Counted from the first letter of the whole stretch, positions 12,640-25,520 are shown. The stretch: DNA of 63,799 nt, filler included, from Octopus bimaculoides (GCF_001194135.2; 4 parts of 4 records of this genome joined end to end with filler, not necessarily neighbours in it); one strand, 5' to 3'. The notes: generated by a model from the sequence alone, not told the origin. Made by a program: numbers and translations.

Positions 12640-13790
12640 GCTAATTTTTAGATCTCCTCTGATATGATACCACCGGATACAGCCACTATTGCCTGCCAAA
12701 GTTCATCCTTGCTCCTAAATTGGCGTCCATTCTCGTAATCTCGTCGCTTTAGAATACTCCGCAAGTTTTCTACTGGGTTTAAATCGTAGAACAGGCAAGG
12801 CCACTTCATCTTCCGAGGTCCATAGAAGCCTAATTGTTACAGATACTCTGTAGTTTTCTTCGTTGGGTGCGAATGTGCATTATCTTGCCTGAATATTATG
12901 GTAGTCTTGAAGGTGATCCTTTGCTTTTTTAACCAAGGTTCAAGGTGTTCCTTCAGAAAGGCTTCGTAAGCATCCGCGGTCATTTTAACACTTCCTGGCA
13001 CTTTCCAAGGACCTACCATAATGCCTTCAATAATACCTTCCCAAATCTCCTCCTTGCTGGTTTCTCAAGCGTCGATGACGATCTTATCCATTTACAACTC
13101 ATCCCTCGCTCCAACCGTTAGGTCCATCAAGGGTAGCACGAGTTTCATCCGTAAACAAAACTTTTGAAAAGTCGACTTTCATGTTATCTTCTGTTCATTT
13201 CAGACAATTTTTTATGTGTATTTTGTATGAAGGTGGCCTTTTAACTGATGTCGCTATTTTACCGAACCTTTTCGAAAGATGACATCATAACATCGGATGG
13301 TTCTGGATACAGCTGTTTCGCCAATGCGCTTGAAAAATTCTCCACTTGTAAGACCTAGCTTTTTTACAGCTTCACGCTTAACTCGTTTCAGAATACGTTG
13401 AGAAACAGCCCTCGACTGACCTTCTCAACTCTTTTACGTATCTTCGTAGGAACTGTAACAATTTTTTCGCAATTTGGTGATATCTCCCAATTATTTTAGG
13501 TATTTCTAATGTTGATTTACCTTTTGCAAGTTCTGAAGTAATTATAGATTTCTCTGAAGCAGTTAAATCACATTTACGACCCATAATTACATGATTATCG
13601 GGCCACTCGTTAATAATTTGGAATACTGAAAGTTCGTGGAAATAATGCAAATGGCTGCAATTTGTTTACACTTGCGCAAAAGCAACCGCTCATATAACTT
13701 TGCCATTCTGTGGAAATTTCATTGAATTCTAGCATATAGTTTTTGAATACGATAACAAATGTTACGTCGTTAATAATTTGGAACGCAGTG
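12640..13790 (-). mobile_element. Tc1-like DNA transposon relic with DD37E spacing (TRT-like)
   Basis: HTH start MGRKCDLTASEKSII; VLFTDETRATLDGPNGW; VGPWKVP; QDNAHSH..DLNPVE with 37 residues between D and E, counted in one frame through one stop. Terminal CACTGCGTTCCAAATTATT at 13790 flanked by TA. The other TIR was not found. Confidence 0.85.
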
Positions 13791-14249
13791 TATATACATA
13801 TTATATTAATGTTGAAATTACATATTATATTATATTTAACACTGCATTTTACTTAGCCTAATTCTATTCCACAATATTTTGAATGTTACGACTATTCCAT
13901 ACGTAAATGTTCCTACAAGTTGACTGGAATGGCAAACAAATCGTAAAGATTTCATAGACAACAGAGCTAATTAAATCTTTGTGCAGTTGTATATTTAAAT
14001 AAAGTAGGGACTAACACATTCTATAGTACTAGTCATCAAACAAAGTATCTGATGAAATGTGCAGTCACTAAGTCCATTTTTTCACTTCATTCCACGCTCA
14101 TCGGAGAAGAGGCAATGACAGGTTTTGGTCGTGTTATTACTTTGTATTGTTGTCGAATCGTCACAAAATTGAGGCGGAGAATGGGAGAGGTGAAACGAAT
14201 AGGTGATTAACCATAAATTGAAAGGGCATAAATTACGATTAGTCACAAA

Positions 14250-14297
<48 letters not shown>

Positions 14298-14429
14298 TGA
14301 AATATTCTCTCCTATAGGTCACTATTAATAATTAACATGTTAAAGTGCTCTACTTTATCGAGGAACAAGTTGGCAAACATTCCGATCTGTTTCATCATAC
14401 AATCTGTGTTGAAATTATTTGATGTATAA

Positions 14430-15365
14430 ATGTTAATAATTTTCTTGTTTTATTAACCATTGTCAATTCTCTTCTGGATGAAAGCCTCTCCATACCACTG
14501 ACAGTTATTTTCCTTTTTCGCTTTTTCTCCAACTTTTTATATTAATAGTTGGCTGTTTCAGAATTTCTCAACTTTGTTGAGCCACCTCTTATCGTTTTTT
14601 TTTTGCCATCATTCTTCACCATTCTGTAAGGAATTTTTGTTGAGAAGTTTGTTGACTGCCTTCTTTTTTCTTTTGTTGATGTAACCTCTTAACAGCCATT
14701 TTCTCTTCTTACTGTGGTAAAAATATCGTCCATTTTCACTCATTTTCTTCTACGTTTGCTTTCCTTTATATACAATTCCAATCCTTGACCCTTTTCTTGA
14801 CACTATTAATTTCATCTTCATCTCTGGTACTGAGTTCTACGTTCCTGGTCTATAAATAACTACTGTTGTTACGCATTGGTTTCGTATTTTTCTCTTGAGT
14901 CTGTATATTGGTTTGGTTTCCTATCATTGCTGAGCTTGTTTGAAAAAGGCCCGACCTAACATTATTCTCCTTTTTGTTTCTTCCTCTTTTCTACTCATTT
15001 TTCCTAGCTGCAAGTAATGTTCTACTTGTTCTCTTTCATTCTCCTCCACTATGATTACTTTTGGACTTGATCCTTTACCACGATCGTTGATTTTGTTCAA
15101 GTTCAATCACTTGGTCTCATTAGTGTCATATAACTCTCACAGTATTTCTTCTGCTGCCTCTTTACAGCTTACAATGAGTCTGAGATGATGGGATCGGTTG
15201 TATTCATTTTTTTCTTTTCTCGTTTCTTCTTCGATGATTTTCTCAAGATGCTTTCCTTGCAAACCAGGAAAACTTTGGATGATGCCATGTTTCTTTGTCG
15301 TGCTCCTTTCTTTATCTGGACGTTATCAGTCTCTGTATGTAACCCAGCAGTGTTCCCGCTAACCC
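14430..15365 (-). mobile_element. RTE-clade LINE RT remnant
   Basis: IKKGARQRNMASSKVF (degenerate KKGVRQGDxxSPKLF) and EQVEHYLQLG..ETKRRIMLG in ORFs 15169..15381 and 14924..15106. Confidence 0.7.
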
Positions 15366-16156
15366 TGTAGATACCCATCATCAGGTGGCGGCAGCGTCAA
15401 AATCATCAGCAGCACCAGCAGCAGCCGCAGATTTCTTTGATATTTCGGTCTTTCAATAACTTCAGCACTTCTTGTGCTTCAATCAAGTAAAATTCTAGTC
15501 GGTTCTATCCCAATTGTTTTACCCTTTCAATTGTTTGATGCCGTATATATAGTAACTATTATGGAGAAGTCACTTCCTGTACTTGTGTTTTGTACCTTTC
15601 CAAAGTCCTTTCCATTTTGTTGATAGCGTGCACACGTTTAACAATAAACTTATTTGGCAGAGAGCAATACCGCACCAAATATTCAACAAGCTTGGGACCG
15701 GAAGTGCCCTGCGTTTCTAGATTTTCCGGCTTTCTGGATAATCTATGATAAGTAAAGAGCTAAATTGTATTCAAGATATTAAGATTAATACACTTCTAAA
15801 ACAGGATCTGTTTGATATTTCGTAATCCACTTTAAAAATAAATCTATCAAACTGTACCATGAATACAGTCTATTGTTTATAGGATGAAAATTAAACAAAG
15901 AAATGTATACAACATGATTTTATTTAATAGACACAGGTAGAGATATTTATTTCAATTCTAAAGGAGATTATCTTTAATTTTTATCAATCCATTAAAAAAA
16001 CCAAAAACCAAAACTGTTTTTTTAAAACACTTTATCCACATTAAACCAACTTAAAAAACAGGGTGTCTTTATTCAACAGAGGGTAAAGGATATTGCATAG
16101 TATTACATGATATTGCGGGATATTGCAATATTTGTGGAAGCTGAATAAGAGGTAAG

Positions 16157-16201
<45 letters not shown>

Positions 16202-16354
16202 ACACACACACAATATAAGGTAATATACAATAATGAAACGATAGAATATTAAATGTCCATTCTGATTGAACTAATACTTTCATGCATTAAACTATGCAAT
16301 CTTCAGGTTTATATAGTAGTGGTGACTGTTATGTTTTACAATTTACAACTTTGT

Positions 16355-16400
<46 letters not shown>

Positions 16401-17165
16401 NNNNNNNNNNNNNNNNNNNNNNNNNNNNNNNNNNNNNNNNNNNNNNNNNNNNNNNNNNNNNNNNNNNNNNNNNNNNNNNNNNNNNNNNNNNNNNNNNNNN
16501 NNNNNNNNNNNNNNNNNNNNNNNNNNNNNNNNNNNNNNNNNNNNNNNNNNNNNNNNNNNNNNNNNNNNNNNNNNNNNNNNNNNNNNNNNNNNNNNNNNNN
16601 NNNNNNNNNNNNNNNNNNNNNNNNNNNNNNNNNNNNNNNNNNNNNNNNNNNNNNNNNNNNNNNNNNNNNNNNNNNNNNNNNNNNNNNNNNNNNNNNNNNN
16701 NNNNNNNNNNNNNNNNNNNNNNNNNNNNNNNNNNNNNNNNNNNNNNNNNNNNNNNNNNNNNNNNNNNNNNNNNNNNNNNNNNNNNNNNNNNNNNNNNNNN
16801 NNNNNNNNNNNNNNNNNNNNNNNNNNNNNNNNNNNNNNNNNNNNNNNNNNNNNNNNNNNNNNNNNNNNNNNNNNNNNNNNNNNNNNNNNNNNNNNNNNNN
16901 NNNNNNNNNNNNNNNNNNNNNNNNNNNNNNNNNNNGTGTGTGCGTGCGTGCGCGTGCATATATGTATGTTATTGTTCAGTTTTATTTCAAGATTTCTTGT
17001 CGATAGAGAAAGAGCCGGTTTCTAACCTAGATTCAAGGCTCCTTCATTGGAAATTCAACATCAAGGGTATTTTTGTTTGTATGTTTTCGCAATCAAATGA
17101 CAGAACCAAATAAAAGAAAAAAGAAAATGTATGTATATGCGCAGGTTTGTATGTTTTGCTTTATA

Positions 17166-17419
17166 TATTGAGTTGGTGCATCATTATTGCGGCTTTTTTT
17201 CAACAAATTTTATTCAACAAAAACAATAACAATATTTAACAAAAACATCTTTAAATGACGGTCTGACCGTCTGCCAAGCAAATGGGAAGCAGTAATTGAA
17301 GTAGATGGTGAATATGCTCCGGAATAATCATTTAAAGTTGTCTTTGTTACCTGTTGTTATTGTTTTTGTTGAATAAAATTTGTTGAAAAAAGCCGCAATA
17401 ATTATGCACCAACCCAATA
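17166..17419. mobile_element. Mariner-type MITE with ~65-bp inverted arms
   Basis: Left arm TATTGAGTTGGTGCATCATTATTGCGGCTTTTTT.. (17166-17232) pairs with the right arm 17354-17419. TA on the left flank. Ends resemble the Hsmar1/MADE1 ITR TTAGGTTGGTGCAAAAGTAATTGCGG. Confidence 0.85.
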
Positions 17420-18444
17420 TGTATTCTCATGCATATAGCTACATATCTAGACATGCTCATATATGCTTAAATGATAAACTTCTGGAAAGTTTCACAGATG
17501 TCTACAGCTCCAGTCGATCTGTAGTCTTTGAATCAGTTTTCTCCTTTCTGGTTTTGAGAAGCCTAATTTCCCAAGATTGGTATTTAGGCTGTGTGTTACA
17601 TATTCCAGGGACCCAATAATTACAGGTATAAACCTGAGCTTGTAATCTGGATACAATAACTGCAGATTTCTTAATAAATTCAGCATAGGTATTCTCTTTT
17701 TCACTGATCTTCAGCTTTATGTTAACATCCGCTGAGCAGCTAATTTCCACAACTGTACACAGATTCTCTTCTCTATAATAGTGGTCCCAAATCATTATAT
17801 CAGGTTTGTTGTGCTTACATTTTATTGAGGTCTTCACCGGGACATTCCACCAGTATTCCTTTTTATTATGAGTGGCTATGGCTTCTACTATACTGTGGGT
17901 TCTTATTTCTTTGTCCTCGAGATTATTCTTCCGACGGATTTCATTATAGAGTGTCCTAGCTACAATATAGATAATACCGTGATGACGTTTCCGGACAACT
18001 GCTTATGATGTGGGTGATATCATCGGTGTTAACTCCACAAAGTTTACATCGGCTGTCACATTTTATTGCTTTTCCTTTATTTCTGTCCCTTTTGTGCGCC
18101 AGGTATTTGGTGGATATTTCCTGTTCCTGGATTGCAAACACATACCCTTCAAAGTGGGAAGTAGTAATCCGGCTATTCGTCCATGATAGACTGCTTTGAT
18201 GATCAACGTTACTATCATCACAGAGTTTTCTAACATATCCATGCATAGTCTTCTGCTCACACAGGCTCATCCTTTCATCTGATGATACGTTGCAGTAGAG
18301 TTGTGCAACTTCTTTGGGCATGTATTCTAGGTTATCAGACAAAAAGTGTTGCTCAAGGAGCTGCCTTCCAACTCCTATGATGTTATCAGCCTCATGTATG
18401 CAAACTTGGTCAAGGGATGCACTTCGACACTTCATGGTTAAAAG

Positions 18445-18610
18445 ATGTATGTATGTATATATGTATGTATGCACGTATGTATGTATGCATGCATGCATGC
18501 ATGCATGTAAGTATGTATGTATGTATGCATGTATGCATGTATGTATGCATGTATGCATCCTTTGTGCCCCAGCATGGCCGCAGTCTAATGACTGGAGTAA
18601 GTGAAAGTAA
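18445..18610 (+). repeat. (TATG/CATG)n array followed by a SINE family B 3' remnant
   Basis: The array runs into CCCAGCATGGCCGCAGTCTAATGACTGGAGTAAG, which matches the family B 3' end. Confidence 0.6.
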
Positions 18611-20859
18611 TTTTTCCATAACTCTAATATGATCTCTTCTGACACAAATTATAAATAAAAAGGTCTCCAGTTATAACTTCGTCTTCCTGAATGATGGTAT
18701 TGATCAGCATGTTGACGGGTCTTGATACATTCTCGTTATCTCTTTGATTGCATATTTCACTTCTCATTCGGTGATTTCTTACATTGGTATGGAAGGCAGA
18801 TTCACTCTCATTATGATACATATTTCCGTAAAATTACTTCACCCTTTTTATATTAACATTCTTTTTATCTTGATTCGTAATTTTTTTGTTGTCAAGCAAG
18901 CAAATGCTCTTGTTGTTCCATATACTCGCTTTTATTTAAATTTTCTTTTCTTGTCTTCTATTATTTTCTGTTGTTTTTTTGTATCATACCTATACGCATT
19001 TCAGTTTTTAATGTTTTTAATTTTCCTTTTTACACAAGTTCCTACGTATTCTACATTACCTTCGCCAATACGATGCCATTTCACCAGTAGACATTTCCCG
19101 ATTAGTTTGTTTAATGTTGTCGGTTAGCTTCACTCTGGGTTTCATTTGTGTCTCTCGAGCTAACTTCTATTTCACATACTGAAATCATGCCACTCATCAA
19201 CGTGATACAGCTAGCTATTTATGTCATTAGTAGTTTCATATATCGGTTGGTCTGGTCTAGCTGCGATTCCTCCTGCCTTTCTGGTTTCTTTTCTGTCAAT
19301 ACTCTGATTGTTTGGCTTTACCAGGTTGTCCCTTTATTTCGATCTTAACGTTTTAATGTTTACTACACTCACTACCACTCAGCATTCGGTGATTATTTCG
19401 ACCTTCTTGATAACTGTCACACTGTTCATAATATTCGTCGTGAAGGGTTCTTAAGCCCTTCACTTCCTATCCAACAAAGCCCTCTACAACTTTTCTCTTG
19501 ACTGAGTACTGTCTTCTTCTCTCGGGTTTTCTTAGTTTCGATTTGTCATCGACGCTTCTCTAACTTTACTTTTTCTTGGTAGGGGTGCTACCTGTGCAGA
19601 CCCATTATTGCCTCTGAGAAAAGGTAGCCCGTATTAGTTTGGCCCCTATCCTTTGACCTGTCCAGCATGGAAAGCGCTATCAGGAGCTTCCACTCAGCTG
19701 ACATAGTTCTCAGGGTCACTGAAGCTCATTGGACATCACACTCAAACAAAGAATAGTCCTTGTGAAGTCTGCTTCCTTTACATTATTTTTTTTCTTGTTC
19801 TTCTGCCATAGCTTATCCATATCCATTTTCTGTTCTTTCCCTTTATAAATTAGCTCTTCACGACTTTCAGTTTGTTAGGTGTTGCAAACTCTTGTGTTCT
19901 TCGTTTTCTTTGATTTCATTGGCCTATTACATGTTACTCCATTTAATTTCTGTCTCAATGTCCTTGTTTGTCAGTCTTTGTCTTGAACCCCCCTCCCCCC
20001 ACACACACATTCCCATTATAATCTTGTGGTAATAAGCCAGTTAGATCTGTGATGTCCACGACTATGTCGTTGGGATTCGAACCCTGGCCGTGAAATTATC
20101 CGTTCACGATCACGAGTTAACCACAACAGTTTCACAGGATCGATCTAACAATCGACCAATCAGCATGAAGTTGTGGCATGGAGGCTTCTCGAATATTCTA
20201 AAGATTCGCGCCCCTTTACCCTAGTTAAACAGTTTGGCGCCTAAATACCAGCAGACCACAGCTAGCTTTCAAGCAAGACAGGTTACAGGTAGCCGTCAAA
20301 CAGGACATTGTGATTCTCTTCTCCAAGTTTCAACAATGTGCAGTGGTTACAGTATCTGCATTTTTTCTTTTTTTTTTCCAGATAGCTAATGGTTAAACCA
20401 ATGCAGTAAATCTATTCCTGCTCACTATTCTAACAATCAGTGAATCTGTGATAATTTGCATATTTATATGCACGGTTTTCTATCAATAAACTGTGTTTGA
20501 ACATTCGTGAGTTTGCTTTATTTATAAATACATGCAGCCAGCCTGATCTTTCATTCAGTTAGAGAATTACGGCGTCATTCTTTCTCACCGCCGACCACCA
20601 TGCAACGATGGTCTTCAGCATGCACACAGATATCAGCTCACAAGTTCATCGACTTCTTTTTCCTATGATGTTGTTGGTGCATAAACCTGGACTGGACGAT
20701 GTCCATATTAAGCGTTGAACTTCACTTTGATATTTGCAAGATTCTCGTTCACACCATTAGTTTACGTTATGCGCTCAATCAGTTTCTTGTTTCTAACAAA
20801 TACCATTCCAGCTTCTTTCATTTCCTACTTCCCATTGGTGAAGATTTACAAGCAGACTA

Positions 20860-21183
20860 TATGTGCGTATGTATGTGTGTCCGTGCGTGCGCGTGTGTGT
20901 GTATGTGTCCGTGAGTGCGCTCATGTGTGTGTGTGTGTGCGTGCGCGCGTGTATGTCTGTATGTGTGTCTCTGCGTGCGTGCGTGTGTATCTGTATGTGT
21001 GTGTGTGTGCGTGCGCGCGCGTAGGTGTGTGTGTGTGAATGTGTGTCCGTGCGTGCGTGCGTGTGTGTGTGTGCGCGCGCGCGTCTCTGTATGTGTGTGT
21101 CTGCGTGCTTGCGTGCGTGTGTATCTGTATGTGTGTGTATGCGTGCGTCCGTGTGTGTGTGTGTGTGTGTGTGCGTGCGTGTT
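20860..21183. repeat. Compound (TG)n/(CG)n microsatellite
   Basis: Alternating purine-pyrimidine tract, directly visible. Confidence 0.95.
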
Positions 21184-21184
21184 T

Positions 21185-23450
21185 GTTCTTAGTTTTATCT
21201 TTCCAATTTCTCACCACTCTAGAGCCGGTTTCAAGCCGAGAAAGAAATGTCCTTCATCCGAATCTTGAAGCAGTCTTATATATCAATGTTACGTGTGTTA
21301 TTTTTACGTTCCTTTCTAACAGAGAATGAGTCAGTTTCTAACCTAAACCCGATGTTCCTAACACCAACAGGGTATTCGCGTATGTTTGTGTAAGTATTTG
21401 AGTCAGAGCACGTGCAGGTTTGTATGTTTTGTCTAATGTATGTATTCTTATATAACTGCACGTCTAAACATGTGCATTTGTGTTTAGATGCTAAATTTTT
21501 TTGAAAGTTTTACATATTTTGACAGTAATCTTCCAGTTAGCTTTTCTCCTTTCTAGTTTAATTTCTCAAGAGTGGTGCCGGGGCATTGTGTTATTTATCC
21601 CAGTGCTCCAATAATTACTGGTATAAACCTGAACTTGTAATCCAGGTAGAGTAATTCAGAGTAACTGTTTTTTTATCACCGCTCTTTAGTCTTGTATTGA
21701 CATATGCCAGGCAAATGATTTCCATTACTGTACGTAGTTTCTCTTCTCTGTCCTGAATCCCTATATCTGGTCTAACATTCTATTGAGGTTTTCACTAAGA
21801 TGCTCCACAAATACGCTTTTATATTATAAGAGATTATGGCCTACACCGCACTTACCTCTTTAGCCTCAGGTTTATCCTTCTGATGGATCACATTATACAG
21901 TGTCCTGGCTACAATATCTTGTCACTTCAGTGGATAACATTTTTGGACAACTGCTTATGATGTGGGTGATATCTTCAGTGTTAACGCCACAAAGTGTGCA
22001 TCGGTTATTGCATTTGGTGTTTTTTCTGTCTCTTTTACACATCAGGGATTTGTTTTATATTTCTTGTTTTGCAAATATATACTCTTCAAAGTGAGAGTTA
22101 GTGATCCGGTTGTTGGTCAACAATTAACTGCGTTGGTTATGTATGCATGCCTGTATGTATGTCATGTCATTCTGTCTGTCTGTCTGTATGTATGTATGTT
22201 TGTATGTATGTATTTATGTATGTATGTATGTATGTAGGTATGTATGCACGCATGTATGTACGTTTGTATGTGTGTGTGACTGTGTATATATGTATGTAGA
22301 TATGCATGCATAGATATATACATACATGTATGTATGTATCTTTGTATGTATGTATTTATGTGTCTATGTATGTATGTTTCTATGTATATTTGTATGCATG
22401 CATGTATGTTTGTATGTGTGTGTGACTGTGTGTATACATGTATGTAGATATGCATGCAGAGATATATATACATGTACACATGTATGCATACACGTATCTA
22501 TATACATACGTACTCATAAGCTCAGATATAAATGATATTACAAACGCGAATCATGTGTTTATGCTGAACTTGATGAATGTTTTATGTATTTTGATGGCAC
22601 CTTTGGCAGCAAAATCTGGAATCTTTTGATTGGAAATGCCTTTCCTGGTTTTGTGAATTCCAGCTGCTCAAGATTAGTTCCAAGACAAATTAGTCATGTA
22701 GCCGAGTTATCCAATAATTATTGGTAGAAATCTAAAATTATAGTTTGCATGGAGTATGTGCTGATTCCTCGCTAGTTCACTATAGATGTTGTCTTTTACA
22801 CTAATCGTTTAACATAATGTTGACATCTCTTGGGTAACAAATTTCAATAATTGTACATATTTTCTTTTTTCTGATACCAGATGATTATGCCTGTTCTCTT
22901 ATTCTTTAATTTTATCGAAGTATAGACAGAGATATTTCACCAGTCTTCTTTCAAATTATAAGTGGTTATGTCATTATAGCTTCATATATGGGTCTTCTCA
23001 AAATTATTCTTTATACAGATTTCATTGTACAGTGTTCTGACAAGGCCGTCATATCACACAGAAAGGTAACATCTTGACATTTCAGACATCTTTAATGCTG
23101 GTTCCATAAAACCTGCATCAATTGTCACATCTACGTGGCCTACCTGCACCTCCGTCTCTTTTGTGCCTCAGGTACTTTTTAGTTATTTCATGCGCCTGCA
23201 TTACAAATACAAATCCTTCAATATGAGATCTAATATTCAAGTTGTTATTTCAAGACATAACGTTCTGGCTGTCAATGTTGATACCACTTCTAGAAATATG
23301 ACCATGCACGATCTTTTTCTGGGATGTATGTAACTGTTGTGTTGCATTAGAGCTGTGCAACTTCTCTGTGTTGTATCGTAGGTTGTTGGTCAAGCAATAC
23401 TTTCTGAGAATGTTTCACATATTGCGACTTGATCCATAGCAGAAGTTAGA
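21185..23450 (-). mobile_element. R4-clade retrotransposon, second subfamily, copy 2
   Basis: 21560-22130 is collinear with 17580-18195. Degenerate LYxxRxxGGxG near 23130-23170. Interrupted by a (TATG)n array at 22140-22515. Confidence 0.75.
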
Positions 23451-24626
23451 TACTTGGTGGTACAAAACGTCAGAGAAAATTAAAGGGGAAGAAGTAAGGT
23501 GTTATAAGTCCAACAGCTGTTTCTGGGGGCTCAGAGATCCATAATAATGTTAACAGATGTAGTTCACCAGAATATGCAGCCAGTAATGGAAGCAAATAAA
23601 CATTGGATAAACCGAGCCTCCGTCATCAGGGTAGAAACCAAATCTTAAATTTCATATCATAATGCAGAGATGGAATGTTTAGACGTGGAGCACAGGCAGT
23701 ATTGGGGGAGGGGAGGAAGTAGGAGGCTCGGTGGGGTTGTGAGGAATGTTGATGCAGGGAAGAACGAAAGGAGATAAGAGAGTCAGTTGAAGAAGATGGG
23801 GGTGGTTTACAATCAGGGTATTTGGGAGGTAGTAGTAGAGGTGGAGGGGTAGTAATTGAAGGGTGATCATGTGTTGTTGGGTTTGTGAATAGATGTCAAA
23901 ATTTAGATATAATGACCTATTTGACTTCCATATATTACTGTAAAGTGGAAAGCGGGCACAGCCCCTTTATGAACTTATGTGTTTTTGTTTGTTTTGACCA
24001 TGATGTAGCACTACTGCTTTAGTTTGCAGTGAAATTTGTGAATAAAAATCCAGAAGGTACTTCTTTTGGTCCCAACTTTGGGTGCCATTTCTTAAAAATC
24101 TTCTGATCATCAGGCATTGTGCAAAAAAATTGTTGGTCAGAGACAAACCAGTTAAACTGGATTAAATGGCAAAGGGACAATATCTGATAGATAGAGAGTA
24201 TATAAAGAGTTTCCTTTGTGAACTCCAGTATTAATCTTATGCAGAAATACAAGGCCTTGTCAATTTCAATATTTACCATAAAAATATAATTATAATGTGC
24301 GATCCCGCTGCCCCTTTTCTCTTATTCTTTAACTGTTCAACTCTGAGCGTAAAGCTGACTCCACATCTTGGGATTCATACACTGGTGAACTGTTTCGTAG
24401 CTTCATAAGTGTTGCTGCCATGTAAAAAGCACATAGTACACACTGTAAACTGGTTGGGGTTAGGAAGGGCATACAGCCACAGAAACCATGTGAAAGCTGA
24501 CAATAGAACATGATACAGTCCTCCAACACATTGGATTCTGTCAAACCATCCAAACCATACTAGCATGGAGATGGAAAATTGAAGAAGATGAGACTAATGA
24601 TACACACACATACACACACACACACA

Positions 24627-24680
<54 letters not shown>

Positions 24681-25420
24681 ACATTAAAAATGAACTTCAA
24701 TCTTGATTGCTTGCTTGCAATGATACACAGCCAAATCGGCGCATAATGGGAAAATACTTTGAAAGTAAATGCCCCTGAAATGTGAATACAAACGGAATAA
24801 AACAAGTTTCGTGTAAATCGAACCTGTGGTTATTGAGATATTCGGGGTTTCGGGGTTATAAATACCTTAAATGGTGCATACTGGAGGAAATACTCCGAAA
24901 ATAACTTAACTCTGAAAGGGAAGAAACTCTAACTTTTCCATTAGACACATTATGATGGACAAAATATTTTAAAGTGAAAATGACTTTAAAAATACGGTAA
25001 ATATTTTGTAAAAGACCTGTTCGTAACCTCGGTGTGAATAGTTTTTTTTCCCATAGGTTTCTTTCGAGTGTATTCAACGTATCACACCTCCAAAGATTTG
25101 GCTGCTATTTCTAGCACGCTCTGCTCCCACGTAACATTATTTGCGATAAACGACACGAAATACTTGTTACGTAGTAGCAGGGCATGCAAGAACTAGCAGC
25201 TAAATTTTTTCATTTTTCTGGAGAAAGGAGCCGTTTACACATGATTTCAATATCACATTCGTTGAAAGCATGCGAAATAACAGGGAAGAGAAAAAACAAA
25301 CACGAAACAAAACTCCATTGCTGGTAAACTCAGACTTTCCTGATACCTTGAATTATTGGTGACCTGTTGGGTCACGGATTGTCTAGTCTAGTATATATAT
25401 ATATATATATATATATATAT

Positions 25421-25520
25421 NNNNNNNNNNNNNNNNNNNNNNNNNNNNNNNNNNNNNNNNNNNNTTAATTAATTAANNNNNNNNNNNNNNNNNNNNNNNN
25501 NNNNNNNNNNNNNNNNNNNN
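25421..25520. other. Assembly spacer N44-TTAATTAATTAA-N44
   Basis: Exactly 100 bp with the same layout as 46228-46327 and 62595-62694. Confidence 0.95.

Larger units (their letters stand above)
16975..19350 (-). mobile_element. R4-clade retrotransposon, second subfamily, copy 1 (interrupted by a MITE and a SINE remnant)
   Basis: SHFEGYVFAIQEQEISTKYL..CKLCGVNTDDITHIISSC, KHNKPDIMIWD..VEISC and FIPVIIGSL. The 3' UTR is homologous to 21185-21490. The 5' boundary is uncertain. Confidence 0.8.

Noticed and set aside
16253-17113. Long ORFs spanning N-runs (also 28012..29034, 42782..43620, 44594..45130)
   Set aside because: Open only because N codons contain no stops.
20915-21329. Cys/Val- and His/Thr-rich ORFs (also 34749..35534, 63257..63556)
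   Set aside because: Products of (TG)n/(CA)n tracts, not metallothionein-like proteins.
24019-24279. 86-aa minus-strand ORF with an internal acceptor-like site
   Set aside because: No recognisable domain and no partner exon; length is compatible with chance.
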